From a virus: a DNA stretch of 24,940 bases. The notes beneath the pieces are model-generated. The model did not search any database and had not been told where the DNA came from. It saw only the letters and a program-made list of their open reading frames with translations. Position 1 is the stretch's first letter, and each line of letters opens with the position of its first letter. The DNA lies in the IMG/VR virus record IMGVR_UViG_3300045988_097034, positions 1 to 24,940 of that record. One strand, written 5' to 3'. This document shows, in pieces, positions 15,382-24,320 of the stretch. A program made the position numbers and the translations under genes.

Positions 15382-15730
15382 CATTAAGAATTTTTTGAGT
15401 GCGGTTTTATCGCAGTATGCCCCTTCATTTTTTATGATTGGTGACGGGTTCCCGAGGCTTGTTTATGAGATTAAACAGCTTTACACCAATGAGCCGTACA
15501 AGAAATATCTTGTTACGCTTAATCTGTATGATAGGTTCACCACCGAGAAAATCGACAATATTGTGGATGAAATCTATTCGGATGTTGCGAGGGCAACCTA
15601 TACACAAGGTGAACGGCATTACAAATTCTACAATAACAGCGACAGGCAGTATGTCGCTGAATCCGATAAAACAATAAACAGAATAATGACAACCCTTGAA
15701 TTGAGGGTTTACAACAGAAAGGATGATTAA
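15374..15730 (+). CDS. Putative tail completion/terminator protein
   Basis: 118 aa, GTG start. Called only from its position directly before the major tail gene. Confidence 0.4.
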   Translation: MNSIKNFLSAVLSQYAPSFFMIGDGFPRLVYEIKQLYTNEPYKKYLVTLNLYDRFTTEKIDNIVDEIYSDVARATYTQGERHYKFYNNSDRQYVAESDKTINRIMTTLELRVYNRKDD

Positions 15731-15732
15731 AA

Positions 15733-16386
15733 ATGGCAACAGTTAAGCCACGAAAGATTAAACCGTACAGCGGTTACAGCAATAAGACGGCTGACCGTAT
15801 GTTGCTTGACGCAGGTGCGTTTTTTGTCAACTACGATCCGGCTACTGACACATATGCAAGCGCCAAAAAGGCAGGTAAGTGCCTTGGCGTAACGATTAAA
15901 GGCGGCGAATTTTCCGCAAAGCCGACACTCAGACGCCTTGAATTTGACGGCGTAAAAACAAGAACTAAAGGCGACACAGTAGTTGACGGTTGGGAGGTTT
16001 ACCTTAAAGCGACACTTGCTGAGATGACTACTCAGAACTTCATTTATGGCCTTGGAATTGCTGACAAAGGCACAGACGAAAAGGTCGCAGGCTACGATGT
16101 AATTACGGGTAGAGATGTTATTCTTGACAGTGACTACATTCAGAATATCACTTGGGTAGGTTGTCTCCTCGGAGAGGATAAGCCGTGCATTATTCAGGTG
16201 TTCAACGGCTTCAATGAGAACGGTCTTACACTTGCGATTGCCGACAAAGATAATGGCAAGGTAGAGGCTCAGTTCTATGGTAACCTTTCGCCTGAGGTTT
16301 ATGATTCAGAGGAAGAAATCAAACCGCCGTTTAAGATTTTCAGACCGACAGAAAAAACGGAAACAGCGGAAGCAACGGAGGCATAA
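15733..16386 (+). CDS. Major tail protein
   Basis: 217 aa, located before the chaperone frameshift pair and the tape measure, acidic C-terminus. Confidence 0.7.
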   Translation: MATVKPRKIKPYSGYSNKTADRMLLDAGAFFVNYDPATDTYASAKKAGKCLGVTIKGGEFSAKPTLRRLEFDGVKTRTKGDTVVDGWEVYLKATLAEMTTQNFIYGLGIADKGTDEKVAGYDVITGRDVILDSDYIQNITWVGCLLGEDKPCIIQVFNGFNENGLTLAIADKDNGKVEAQFYGNLSPEVYDSEEEIKPPFKIFRPTEKTETAEATEA

Positions 16387-16388
16387 TT

Positions 16389-16742
16389 ATGAGAAAATTA
16401 AGCATTAAAGACGCATTTACTCTTGCTCGCATTATCAAAAAAGCAGACATCAAAGAGGAAATTGCAGACTTCGCAAATCGCATTGCTGTCAAAAACAACA
16501 GCAAAGATGAAACGGTCAACACCGAAGCGGTCGGTCTTGAATTTGTGATTACTTTGATAACTTCTTTGTCGAACAAAGAAACAGAACAGGAATTTTATTC
16601 ATTGCTGGCCGACATCAGAGGCGACATTACTGCTGATGAGGTAAGTACATTAAGTATCCCCGAGGTTCTTGACAATGTAAAGGCAATCATCAGGGAGAAT
16701 GATATTAAGAGTTTTTTTACCTCGCTCTCAGCCTTGAAGTAA
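16389..16742 (+). CDS. Tail assembly chaperone (gpG-like)
   Basis: 117 aa, acidic, immediately upstream of the tape measure, with a T7 slippery run near its 3' end. Confidence 0.7.
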   Translation: MRKLSIKDAFTLARIIKKADIKEEIADFANRIAVKNNSKDETVNTEAVGLEFVITLITSLSNKETEQEFYSLLADIRGDITADEVSTLSIPEVLDNVKAIIRENDIKSFFTSLSALK

Positions 16743-17038
16743 GAACATATGGAATGCTCGTGCAGTATTGTTGCGGTAATACTGCCATACTACAAAGGCT
16801 GTCTTTTTCAGAGGCTAATGAGATTATTCAAAATGCGATTAATGACCGTGAGGACGAAATGCTCTACAAAGCATATATGCTCACGATGACAGGCAGATTT
16901 ACAGGTGTGTCATATATTGATTTTGTAAACAAGGTTAAAAATCAAATGCAGACAGGTGCGGAAGAAACCGTAAATGTCGAAACTGTCGAAAGCACGATTG
17001 CAGATTATCTTGATAACTACAAATGGGAGGAGGTGTAG
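16389..17038 (+). CDS. Tail assembly chaperone frameshift product (gpGT-like), by -1 slippage at T_TTT_TTT (16712-16718)
   Basis: In the zero frame the codons are agT TTT TTT. The -1 frame is open from the slip site through ORF 16754..17038 with no intervening stop. Confidence 0.65.
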
Positions 17039-17044
17039 CTAATA

Positions 17045-18988
17045 ATGGCTGTTGAAGTATTTAAGTTATTTGGTTCTATATTCGTAAATAACGATGAAGC
17101 AAACAAATCCATTGCAGAGACCGAGAAAAAAAGTAAGGGCGTTGCTTCAACCCTTGGTAACGGAATAAAAACAGCCGCTAAATGGGGAACTGCTCTTGTG
17201 GGTGGAGCGGCGGCAGGCGTAGGAGCATTGTCCTCTGTCGCAGAGAGCACCCGAGAATACCGAACAGAAATGGGAAAACTTGACACAGCTTTCACCACAA
17301 ACAAATTTTCGGCGGCAGACGCAAAGCAAACATATTCCGACCTCTATGCCGTAGTAGGCGACAGCGGACAAGCGACGGAAGCCGCAAACCACCTTTCTTT
17401 ATTGTGCAATTCCACCAAAGATTTGCAATCTTGGACGGAAATCTGCACAGGTGTTTACGGTCAGTTCGGCGATTCGCTCCCGATTGAAGGCTTAACCGAG
17501 GCGGCAAACGAAACAGCGAAAGTCGGGGCTGTAACAGGTCCGCTTGCCGATGCACTTAACTGGATGGGCGTATCAGAAGATGAGTTCAACGAAAAACTTG
17601 CAAAATGCTCCTCAGAACAAGAGCGACAGCAGTTAATTACATCCACGCTCACATCGCTATATTCTGATGCGTCGGCTCAGTATAAAGAAACAAACGGCGA
17701 TGTAATGGAATCCAACAGAGCTCATCAGCAGTTGTCGGATACAATGGCGCAAATTGGTGCTGTCGCTGAACCCGTGCTTAATTCACTTATCGCTTTAGGC
17801 GGTAAGCTACTTGAGCAGTTATCACCGATTATTGAAGGTGTGGCTGATAGCCTTGCACCTGCTCTCATTAACATCTGCGAAGAGGTTGCCCCGATAATTG
17901 TGTCAATGCTTGAACAGATCATGCCATTGATTGAGGAACTACTGCCGTTTATAGCTCAGCTTATAGAGCAGTTAGCCCCTCTCATTGTACAGATTGTCGA
18001 ACAATTATTTCCGCCTTTACTGCAAATTATACAGGACTTGTTACCGTATTTCATGCAGATAATTCAGGCTATAATGCCGTTATTCAGTACGCTTGTAGAA
18101 CTCTTAATGCCCGTAATCGAGGTGTTCGTTCAGCTTGCCGGCGTATTGCTCAATGGATTGTTGGCGGCACTTACTCCGATTATAGAGGATTTAGCTACAT
18201 TTTTGAATGATTTGCTTACACCTCTTATCCCGATTATCAGTGAGTTGTGCGATACAATTGTCGGCACTTTACAGCCTGTTTTTGAACAGCTATCACCTGT
18301 CATCTCACTGGTTTTTGACGCTCTTCGACCGGTTCTTGGCCTACTCGGTGAAATGCTTGAAACACTTATCCCTGCACTTGTTCCGGTGATTGAATGGCTT
18401 GCACATATCTTTTCAGAAGTTTTAGGCGGTGCAATTAAAGGAGTCAAAAAAATTCTTGAACCGCTTTCGGGGATTTTTAACGGAATTGTAGATTTTGTAA
18501 AAGGTGTTTTTTCGGGAAACTGGGAACAAGCGTGGAACGGTGTTGTTAACATTTTCAAAAATGTATTCAACCTTATACCTGCATTCGTCGAGAATGTAAT
18601 CAACGGCATTATTTGGATTATTAACAAGCTCTTGGAGGGCGTAAACTGGGCAACATCAATGATTGGCTGGGAGATTGACCCGATTCCGGAAGTAACCTTA
18701 CCTCGTTTCCGTGCCGGTATTGATTATGTCCCACATGATAAGTTCGCCGCATATCTTGATGCCGGCGAGGCAGTTCTCACAGCTCAAGAGGCTGAGGAAT
18801 ATCGTCAATCAAAGCGTGAAGGCAGAGGCTCAGTTTTTGAAAACGATTCAACTAACATCGTTAACAACATTAGCATTAACATTCCCTCAGTCGCTATTAA
18901 CAACGACATGGATATTGACAGCCTTGTCGAAGATATGAGCAATCGGTTAGCTGATGAAGTCACAAGGAGGCAGAAAGCGTATGCATAA
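17045..18988 (+). CDS. Tail tape measure protein
   Basis: 647 aa. N-terminal TP901-type core (TGPLADALNWMG). Long central run of about 11-residue L/I/P-rich periodic repeats. Confidence 0.9.
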   Translation: MAVEVFKLFGSIFVNNDEANKSIAETEKKSKGVASTLGNGIKTAAKWGTALVGGAAAGVGALSSVAESTREYRTEMGKLDTAFTTNKFSAADAKQTYSDLYAVVGDSGQATEAANHLSLLCNSTKDLQSWTEICTGVYGQFGDSLPIEGLTEAANETAKVGAVTGPLADALNWMGVSEDEFNEKLAKCSSEQERQQLITSTLTSLYSDASAQYKETNGDVMESNRAHQQLSDTMAQIGAVAEPVLNSLIALGGKLLEQLSPIIEGVADSLAPALINICEEVAPIIVSMLEQIMPLIEELLPFIAQLIEQLAPLIVQIVEQLFPPLLQIIQDLLPYFMQIIQAIMPLFSTLVELLMPVIEVFVQLAGVLLNGLLAALTPIIEDLATFLNDLLTPLIPIISELCDTIVGTLQPVFEQLSPVISLVFDALRPVLGLLGEMLETLIPALVPVIEWLAHIFSEVLGGAIKGVKKILEPLSGIFNGIVDFVKGVFSGNWEQAWNGVVNIFKNVFNLIPAFVENVINGIIWIINKLLEGVNWATSMIGWEIDPIPEVTLPRFRAGIDYVPHDKFAAYLDAGEAVLTAQEAEEYRQSKREGRGSVFENDSTNIVNNISINIPSVAINNDMDIDSLVEDMSNRLADEVTRRQKAYA

Positions 18989-19739
18989 CTTTTATTTCGG
19001 AGGTAAATGGCTATCATATTTCGGCGGTCGTATCACACAAGCACCACAGCACGAAATTCCCGTCAGAGATGTTTCAACGGTTGAAATCCCGTGCAGAGAC
19101 GGTGATGTTTTGCTTGATAACGGGCGGTGGCAGAATGTTGAATTTGAGCGTGAAATCTGCTTTTTGCCGTATTTATCCGAACTGTCAGCAAAGCACCTTG
19201 CGAGGGCTGTTATCGAATGGCTAACTTTGAATCGTGGCTACCAAAAGTACAAGGATACTTATAACCCCGGATATTTCACCGAGGCTTATATTTCAAACAC
19301 TGACGACATTGTTCGTGAACTTCCAACATTACTTACAACAAAAATCAAATTCAACCGCAAGCCGTGGTGGTATTCAGAGCTTGGACAGCGGACTATTGAT
19401 TTTGAAGTTAATAAATCGGTTTCCTTGCACAACCCCGAACAATATGAATCCTTACCTACTATCATCATAACTAACACAAACGTTAGTGGTAATAACACTA
19501 CGGCCATTGCTAAAGTTAGCATAAACGGCGAATCACTTGATTTGAAGTGCACAGGTGGTTATGACTACGCCGTGCTTGACGGCGAAACTATGCAGTACAT
19601 AGCGTACAAATCAGACGGTACAACTAATTTTGTTGACGATACTATCCCCCCTAAGTTAAAGGTCGGAGACAATCAAATTGTTGTAACAGCATATAAAAAC
19701 GCGTTTCTGTCGATAAAACCAAATTGGAGGCGATTGTAA
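18981..19739 (+). CDS. Distal tail protein (Dit)
   Basis: ATG 18981 after AAGGAGG, overlapping the TMP end. 252 aa beginning MHNFYFGGK. Confidence 0.7.
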   Translation: MHNFYFGGKWLSYFGGRITQAPQHEIPVRDVSTVEIPCRDGDVLLDNGRWQNVEFEREICFLPYLSELSAKHLARAVIEWLTLNRGYQKYKDTYNPGYFTEAYISNTDDIVRELPTLLTTKIKFNRKPWWYSELGQRTIDFEVNKSVSLHNPEQYESLPTIIITNTNVSGNNTTAIAKVSINGESLDLKCTGGYDYAVLDGETMQYIAYKSDGTTNFVDDTIPPKLKVGDNQIVVTAYKNAFLSIKPNWRRL

Positions 19740-19741
19740 AA

Positions 19742-20893
19742 GTGTTTCCTTTGTTGTATAAATCGGATTTTAAAACAATCGGCCCAAGTAGATTTAACCT
19801 GCTTGGACGGATTACAGAAATAATCAGCGGTAAAGTTACAGAGGAACGAAACGGTGATTATTTGCTTGAAATGGAGTTATCGACAACGGACAGATGTGCC
19901 GATTTGCTCGACACGCAGTATTTCATTAAGGCAAAACCGAACCCAACCGATGAACCGCAATATTTTGAGATTTACGATTTGCAGTACAAAGACAAAAAAT
20001 CAATTACGGTTAAAGCAAAGCATATCAAGCACAATTTGTACAACAATTTTTTGGTTGAAGTACAAAATCAGACAGACATAATGCGCACACCTGCGGAATG
20101 GTGGTATTGCCTTTGCACGGGACATGAGGAGGGCTTGCAAACGCAAATGACCTTGTGGGCGCACTACTTTAAATTTACATCTGATATCACCACAAAATCC
20201 TCTATGACACTCGGTTTTGTTACTCCGTGTACTCTCGGAGATTTTATGGGCGGAGCTGACGGCTCACTTGTTGATGTTTTCGGAGGCGAGTATAAATATA
20301 ACAATTTCAATGTGTCGTTGTTAAAAAGCCGTGGGACGGTTACAGGCTATCACTTACGCTGGGGCAGTAATATCAGCAGTCTTGTGCAAACGCTTAATTC
20401 AGACGACATCTGTTCCCATGTTGCGGCTTATGCTACTTGCCACGACACATACAACAACAAGAACGTCATCCTCTGCTCACAACCGCAAGAACTCAAAACC
20501 CATAAATCTAAGCTCATTAAAGTGAAAACGGTTGATGTGTCGGACGGTGGTTCGGTCTACATCGGCGATGAAACAGGTTACTGGGATTTCAACGCCCACA
20601 CAGGCGAGAATAAGGACTTCTTGATTCAAAAGCTAAATATTCAAGCACAGGTTTTAAGAGGACAACTCGTAAACACAAACGGAGCGCCTACGCTTAATGT
20701 AAAAGTTGACTATCCCCCAACACTTAATGAAATGCTTGGACTGCATTTATGCGATAGTGTTTATGTCGATACTGAAAACGATAGCTTGCAAGCAAAAATA
20801 ATTAAAACAGACTATGATTTCGTGCTCGAACGGTGGAACAGCCTTGAGCTTGGCACACCAAAATCAAAGTTATCAGATTATATAGTTAAATGA
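19742..20893 (+). CDS. Tail-associated protein (Tal / prophage tail endopeptidase N-terminal type)
   Basis: In the frame of ORF 19724..20893. GTG 19742 follows GGAGG. ERNGDYLLEMELS pattern. Located after Dit. Confidence 0.6.
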   Translation: MFPLLYKSDFKTIGPSRFNLLGRITEIISGKVTEERNGDYLLEMELSTTDRCADLLDTQYFIKAKPNPTDEPQYFEIYDLQYKDKKSITVKAKHIKHNLYNNFLVEVQNQTDIMRTPAEWWYCLCTGHEEGLQTQMTLWAHYFKFTSDITTKSSMTLGFVTPCTLGDFMGGADGSLVDVFGGEYKYNNFNVSLLKSRGTVTGYHLRWGSNISSLVQTLNSDDICSHVAAYATCHDTYNNKNVILCSQPQELKTHKSKLIKVKTVDVSDGGSVYIGDETGYWDFNAHTGENKDFLIQKLNIQAQVLRGQLVNTNGAPTLNVKVDYPPTLNEMLGLHLCDSVYVDTENDSLQAKIIKTDYDFVLERWNSLELGTPKSKLSDYIVK

Positions 20894-20904
20894 GGTGATA
20901 AAAT

Positions 20905-21879
20905 TTGAACATTAATCATACAAAAATGACACTCGAAATCAACAGTTGCAAAAACTACGAAATTTTGGAAGTCAGACAGGGCGACAAAGGCTCACGCATT
21001 ATTGATTTTGCGTTCACCGTCAACGGTGAAACTGTTGACCTTGCCTCTACAATGTCAGCAAAAGTCAATGCTACGGTTGACGATGTAATCGTTGCGGACA
21101 GCGTAGCCGCTGTCGTTGACACCGAAAATAATGTAGTCACAGTTACGCTCACAGACACAATGCTTGCTTTGTCAGGTATTTGCAAAATGGACATTGTGCT
21201 TATGGAAGGCGACGAAATTATAACTGCTGAAACCGTTTGTTTGCGTGTAGGAAAAAGCGTAATCAACGATGACAGTAAAGCTTTCCCGGGTGCAAGCTCT
21301 ATTGCGGAAATCACAAAAGAAGTCGAAAATGCAAGAGGTAGTTCTAATTCGCTTGGAGCAAGGCTTGATAAAACAGACAAGAGTATTGCCCGAAAGCTTG
21401 ATTCAATGCCGTTCGACAGCGAACCCAAAAATAACAGCCCGTGTTATCTCACAAGCGGAGCAATTTACAACGCTCTGCTTGTGAAAGCAGATAAAACCGC
21501 CTTGGCGACTAAATACGATTCGTCAAATATTGAAAGTGGTACATCAACACTCACACCGTATTCAACCGTCACCGATAAAATCAAAAGTGCAAACTGTACA
21601 TATAAGACGATTGGTGACATCGTAATCGTCAGTGCAACGGTCAAAATGAACGCAGTATCTCTTGGCGGCAATAGCATGTGTCCGCTGATTGATTTGCCGT
21701 ACAAATGTATTTCCGAGGACAATGTTTTTTGTGTCGGTATTTCAAACCTTGGCAAGCTCTTTAAATTTGCCATTCCGAAAAATAACACTTGGCTACAGTT
21801 TTCGACTCAGGATAAGACGGCTTACACATTTGCAGACGGCGAGCAAATTAATGTGATTTGCTTGTACAAAATTAAATAA
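20905..21879 (+). CDS. Tail fibre / receptor-binding protein with BppU-like N-terminal domain
   Basis: 324 aa with a TTG start after GAGGTGA. VRQGDKGSRIIDFAFTVNGETVDL resembles the BppU N-domain signature. Confidence 0.55.
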   Translation: MNINHTKMTLEINSCKNYEILEVRQGDKGSRIIDFAFTVNGETVDLASTMSAKVNATVDDVIVADSVAAVVDTENNVVTVTLTDTMLALSGICKMDIVLMEGDEIITAETVCLRVGKSVINDDSKAFPGASSIAEITKEVENARGSSNSLGARLDKTDKSIARKLDSMPFDSEPKNNSPCYLTSGAIYNALLVKADKTALATKYDSSNIESGTSTLTPYSTVTDKIKSANCTYKTIGDIVIVSATVKMNAVSLGGNSMCPLIDLPYKCISEDNVFCVGISNLGKLFKFAIPKNNTWLQFSTQDKTAYTFADGEQINVICLYKIK

Positions 21880-21893
21880 CGGAGGTAAAAATA

Positions 21894-22145
21894 ATGGAAC
21901 TTAAAGAAAAAATCACACTCGATATGCTCACAAAGGACAGCGTTTCGGTACTCAGACAGCAGTTTTTGACCTTTAACGGTGAAGAAATGCAGGTAGGCGG
22001 TAACATCCGCAATGCCTACATGAACAGCAAGACGGGCAGAGAACAGCTTAAAACGGTGCTGTCTGATGAATACTATAACGCTGTCATGGCAGTTTGGGGC
22101 GACAATCCAACCGTTGACGAGCCGACGGAAAGCAAGGTCGAATAA
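21894..22145 (+). CDS. Hypothetical small protein between fibre and lysis genes
   Basis: 83 aa, RBS GGAGG. Confidence 0.5.
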   Translation: MELKEKITLDMLTKDSVSVLRQQFLTFNGEEMQVGGNIRNAYMNSKTGREQLKTVLSDEYYNAVMAVWGDNPTVDEPTESKVE

Positions 22146-22400
22146 GTGGCAACTGAAATTATTATAGCTTTAATCACACTTGCAGGATCTGCGGTGGGTA
22201 CTCTTGGGGGTATTGTGATTAACAGTCGAATGTCGAACTATCGCATTGAACAGCTCGAAAAAAAGGTTGACAAGCATAACAGCCTCATCGAGCGTACATA
22301 TGCGATTGAACAGCACAATGCAGTTGTAGACGAAGAAATTAAGGTCGCAAATCACAGAATTGACGACCTCGAAAAAAACAACGAAAGGAAAGAACGATGA
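22146..22400 (+). CDS. Membrane-anchored coiled-coil protein (XhlA-like lysis accessory?)
   Basis: 84 aa with a GTG start. N-terminal TM IIIALITLAGSAVGTLGGIVI followed by a charged coiled coil. Confidence 0.4.
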   Translation: MATEIIIALITLAGSAVGTLGGIVINSRMSNYRIEQLEKKVDKHNSLIERTYAIEQHNAVVDEEIKVANHRIDDLEKNNERKER

Positions 22401-22606
22401 TGAAAAACATTTTTACAAAACAGTGGGCAAAAGCAACAGCTGTCAGAGCGATTAAGACCGTTGCACAGACTGCTATTGCAACAATCGGAGTATCTGCCGT
22501 TATGACAGATGTAAATTGGCTTGCAGTAGGCTCGGCATCTTTGCTTGCAGGTGTATTGTCTGTGTTGACAAGCATTGCAGGTTTGCCCGAAGTTTCGGAA
22601 AACTAA
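22397..22606 (+). CDS. Holin
   Basis: 69 aa. VRAIKTVAQTAIATIG...LLAGVLSVLTSIAGLPE is a common Gram-positive phage holin pattern with two TM segments. Confidence 0.75.
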   Translation: MMKNIFTKQWAKATAVRAIKTVAQTAIATIGVSAVMTDVNWLAVGSASLLAGVLSVLTSIAGLPEVSEN

Positions 22607-22618
22607 CTAAAATAAAAG

Positions 22619-22666
22619 GATAGCCCAGTTGAAAATTAAATTTCTTCTGGACTATCTATATTTTTT
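22619..22666. terminator. Bidirectional terminator shared by the holin and the convergent reverse-strand gene
   Basis: Stem 22619-22628/22647-22656 (9 bp plus one C-A mismatch), 18-nt loop. Followed by T6 (22661-22666) on the plus strand and by a U-rich CCUUUUAUUUU on the minus strand. Confidence 0.5.
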
Positions 22667-22675
22667 AGATTATTG

Positions 22676-23173
22676 TTACGAAATTACTGGTATGCCGGTT
22701 ATATATGGTGGAAGTCCATCTGGGTAAAGTTTAATGAGATTTTTGTAATTTCTTTTATAGTTTTCATTATTTTTGATTGATTTCTGCCATTTGCGTACTG
22801 CATTAAGAATATTATTGCAAAAAAGCTTAACATCAATATTTAAGGCATCATTTATAACATTGTTATGCATAGTTATGCCATGACAAGCTGGAGCTAAAAA
22901 TATAATTCGTGAATATGTAGAATTTTCGTGTGTGGTTTGTGCTTGATGCACATATGAACAACGAAAATAGTAACAATCCTTGCCGGAAATAGATGGATAG
23001 CCCGGTTCTTTTGCGTAAGTGTCATACCAAGCAATATATTTATGTTTATTTGCTACTCCGTCATTTGACTGCAGTGCTCCACAAATATCGGGTAATGTTA
23101 GAGAAGCTTGCAACGCTAAATAGTATAGTTTAGCGTCTAATGCCCGTTCAATTTCTTTTAAAATCAACTCCAT
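22676..23173 (-). CDS. Hypothetical cytoplasmic protein with an Rx4H (HEPN-like) motif; reverse-strand accessory gene inside the lysis cassette
   Basis: ORF 22676..23182. Preferred ATG 23173, 6 nt after GGGAGGTG (the upstream GTG is part of the RBS). 165 aa, no TM. Contains FRCSYVHQ. Visibly more AT-rich than its neighbours. Confidence 0.75.
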   Translation of the reverse strand: MELILKEIERALDAKLYYLALQASLTLPDICGALQSNDGVANKHKYIAWYDTYAKEPGYPSISGKDCYYFRCSYVHQAQTTHENSTYSRIIFLAPACHGITMHNNVINDALNIDVKLFCNNILNAVRKWQKSIKNNENYKRNYKNLIKLYPDGLPPYITGIPVIS

Positions 23174-23198
23174 ATGATTCACCTCCCTTCTATTATGA

Positions 23199-23227
23199 AT
23201 TATACCATATTAAAAAATGTAGTAAAA
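23199..23227 (-). promoter_or_regulatory. Extended -10 promoter of the reverse-strand accessory gene
   Basis: Minus strand: TGGTATAAT (23207..23199), with TTTACT/TTTTAC 16-17 nt upstream. Confidence 0.5.
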
Positions 23228-23271
23228 GTGGGGAGTGCATAAAATAAAAACGAAAGTGAGGAATAATAATT

Positions 23272-24069
23272 ATGTCAGCAAAAAGAATCTATCTCAGTCC
23301 GTCAAATCAGAATAGGAACACCTATGCAACGGGCGGTACAAATGAAATGGCTCAGTGCGACAAAATCGCTGTCGCAACAGCCAAAGCTCTCAAGCGTTGC
23401 GGTTTTGAGGTTATGGTCGCAAAGTCGGGAACGCTTATGCAGACACGCTGTCCCGAATCGGACAAGTTCGGTGCAGACATTCATATGCCGATTCACACCA
23501 ACGCTTTTAACGGCAAATACACAGGCGGTACAAGAGTTTTCTGCCTGAACTCAAACGGCAGAAAGGCTGCCGAGGCGGTAAAGTCTGCCCTCGGAGCAAT
23601 TTCACCCGGCAAGGATGATTCAGTCAGCTACAAAACCGACCTCTACGAAATCAATGTGCCGAGGGCATTGACCGTGTATGTTGAGTGTGAATTTCACGAC
23701 ACCGTGACAGGCTCGAACTGGATCAGGAACAACACAAACGCAATTGCTGAGGCAATCTGCAAGGGTATGTGTAAATACTTCGGCTATAAGTATAAGTCGG
23801 CAAGCTCATCAGGCACAACAAAGCCTACGCAGACATCGAAGCCGACAACATCAAAAGCGTTTAAACCGTACATTGTCAGGATTACCGCAAATGACGGTGT
23901 GAACATCCGCAAAGGTGCAGGCACGAACTATCCCGTGTGCGGCTCAATTGCAAAAGGCGGAGCGTACACAATCGTAGCCGAAAAATCAGGCGCAGGCGCA
24001 AAAAAGTGGGGCAAGCTCAAAAGCGGTGCCGGCTGGATTGCCCTCGACTACACAGCGAAAATTAAGTAA
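23272..24069 (+). CDS. Endolysin: N-acetylmuramoyl-L-alanine amidase (Amidase_3 type) with C-terminal SH3b domain
   Basis: 265 aa. IYLSPSNQ...ADIHMPIHTNA...YVECEFHD catalytic pattern, an S/T/P linker, then VNIRKGAGTNYPVCGSIAKGGAYTI...GWIALDY, which is SH3-like. Confidence 0.9.
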   Translation: MSAKRIYLSPSNQNRNTYATGGTNEMAQCDKIAVATAKALKRCGFEVMVAKSGTLMQTRCPESDKFGADIHMPIHTNAFNGKYTGGTRVFCLNSNGRKAAEAVKSALGAISPGKDDSVSYKTDLYEINVPRALTVYVECEFHDTVTGSNWIRNNTNAIAEAICKGMCKYFGYKYKSASSSGTTKPTQTSKPTTSKAFKPYIVRITANDGVNIRKGAGTNYPVCGSIAKGGAYTIVAEKSGAGAKKWGKLKSGAGWIALDYTAKIK

Positions 24070-24095
24070 AACATAAAATCCAAACACATAATTGC

Positions 24096-24136
24096 AAAAA
24101 AATCCCCCTCATCCGCCGTAAAAAGCGAGTGAGGGG
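24096..24136. terminator. Terminator between the convergent endolysin and HTH genes (strongest on the minus strand)
   Basis: Stem CCCCTCA (24105-24111) / TGAGGGG (24130-24136). The A7 run 24096-24102 gives a U7 tail on the minus strand. AGTTTTG follows on the plus strand. Confidence 0.6.
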
Positions 24137-24143
24137 AGTTTTG

Positions 24144-24320
24144 TCATTTGCGGATATTTTTAAGCTCTTTCAGTATAAGCCGTTCAAAGTAAGGCTTAGG
24201 GTAGTTTGGATTGTTGTCGCTTTCCCAATTTTCCCAAGTACGGTAAGGTACTTTCATAATCTTTGCAACATCTGCTCTGCTAAGACCTGTTGCAATTCTT
24301 GCTTCTTTGATTTTATTCAT
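24144..24320 (-). CDS. Small XRE-like HTH protein (58 aa, below the ORF-track cutoff)
   Basis: My translation: MNKIKEARIATGLSRADVAKIMKVPYRTWENWESDNNPNYPKPYFERLILKELKNIRK. RBS AGGAGA 7 nt upstream. The plus-strand ORF 24129..24335 is its shadow. Confidence 0.7.
   Translation of the reverse strand: MNKIKEARIATGLSRADVAKIMKVPYRTWENWESDNNPNYPKPYFERLILKELKNIRK

Noticed and set aside
17800-18500. Periodic sequence inside the tape measure gene (repeated L-x-P-x-I-x-x-L-x-E-Q-like units), considered as a tandem DNA repeat or CRISPR-like array
   Set aside because: The periodicity is at the protein level (roughly 11-residue repeats typical of tape measure proteins). The DNA units are degenerate and there is no repeat-spacer architecture.
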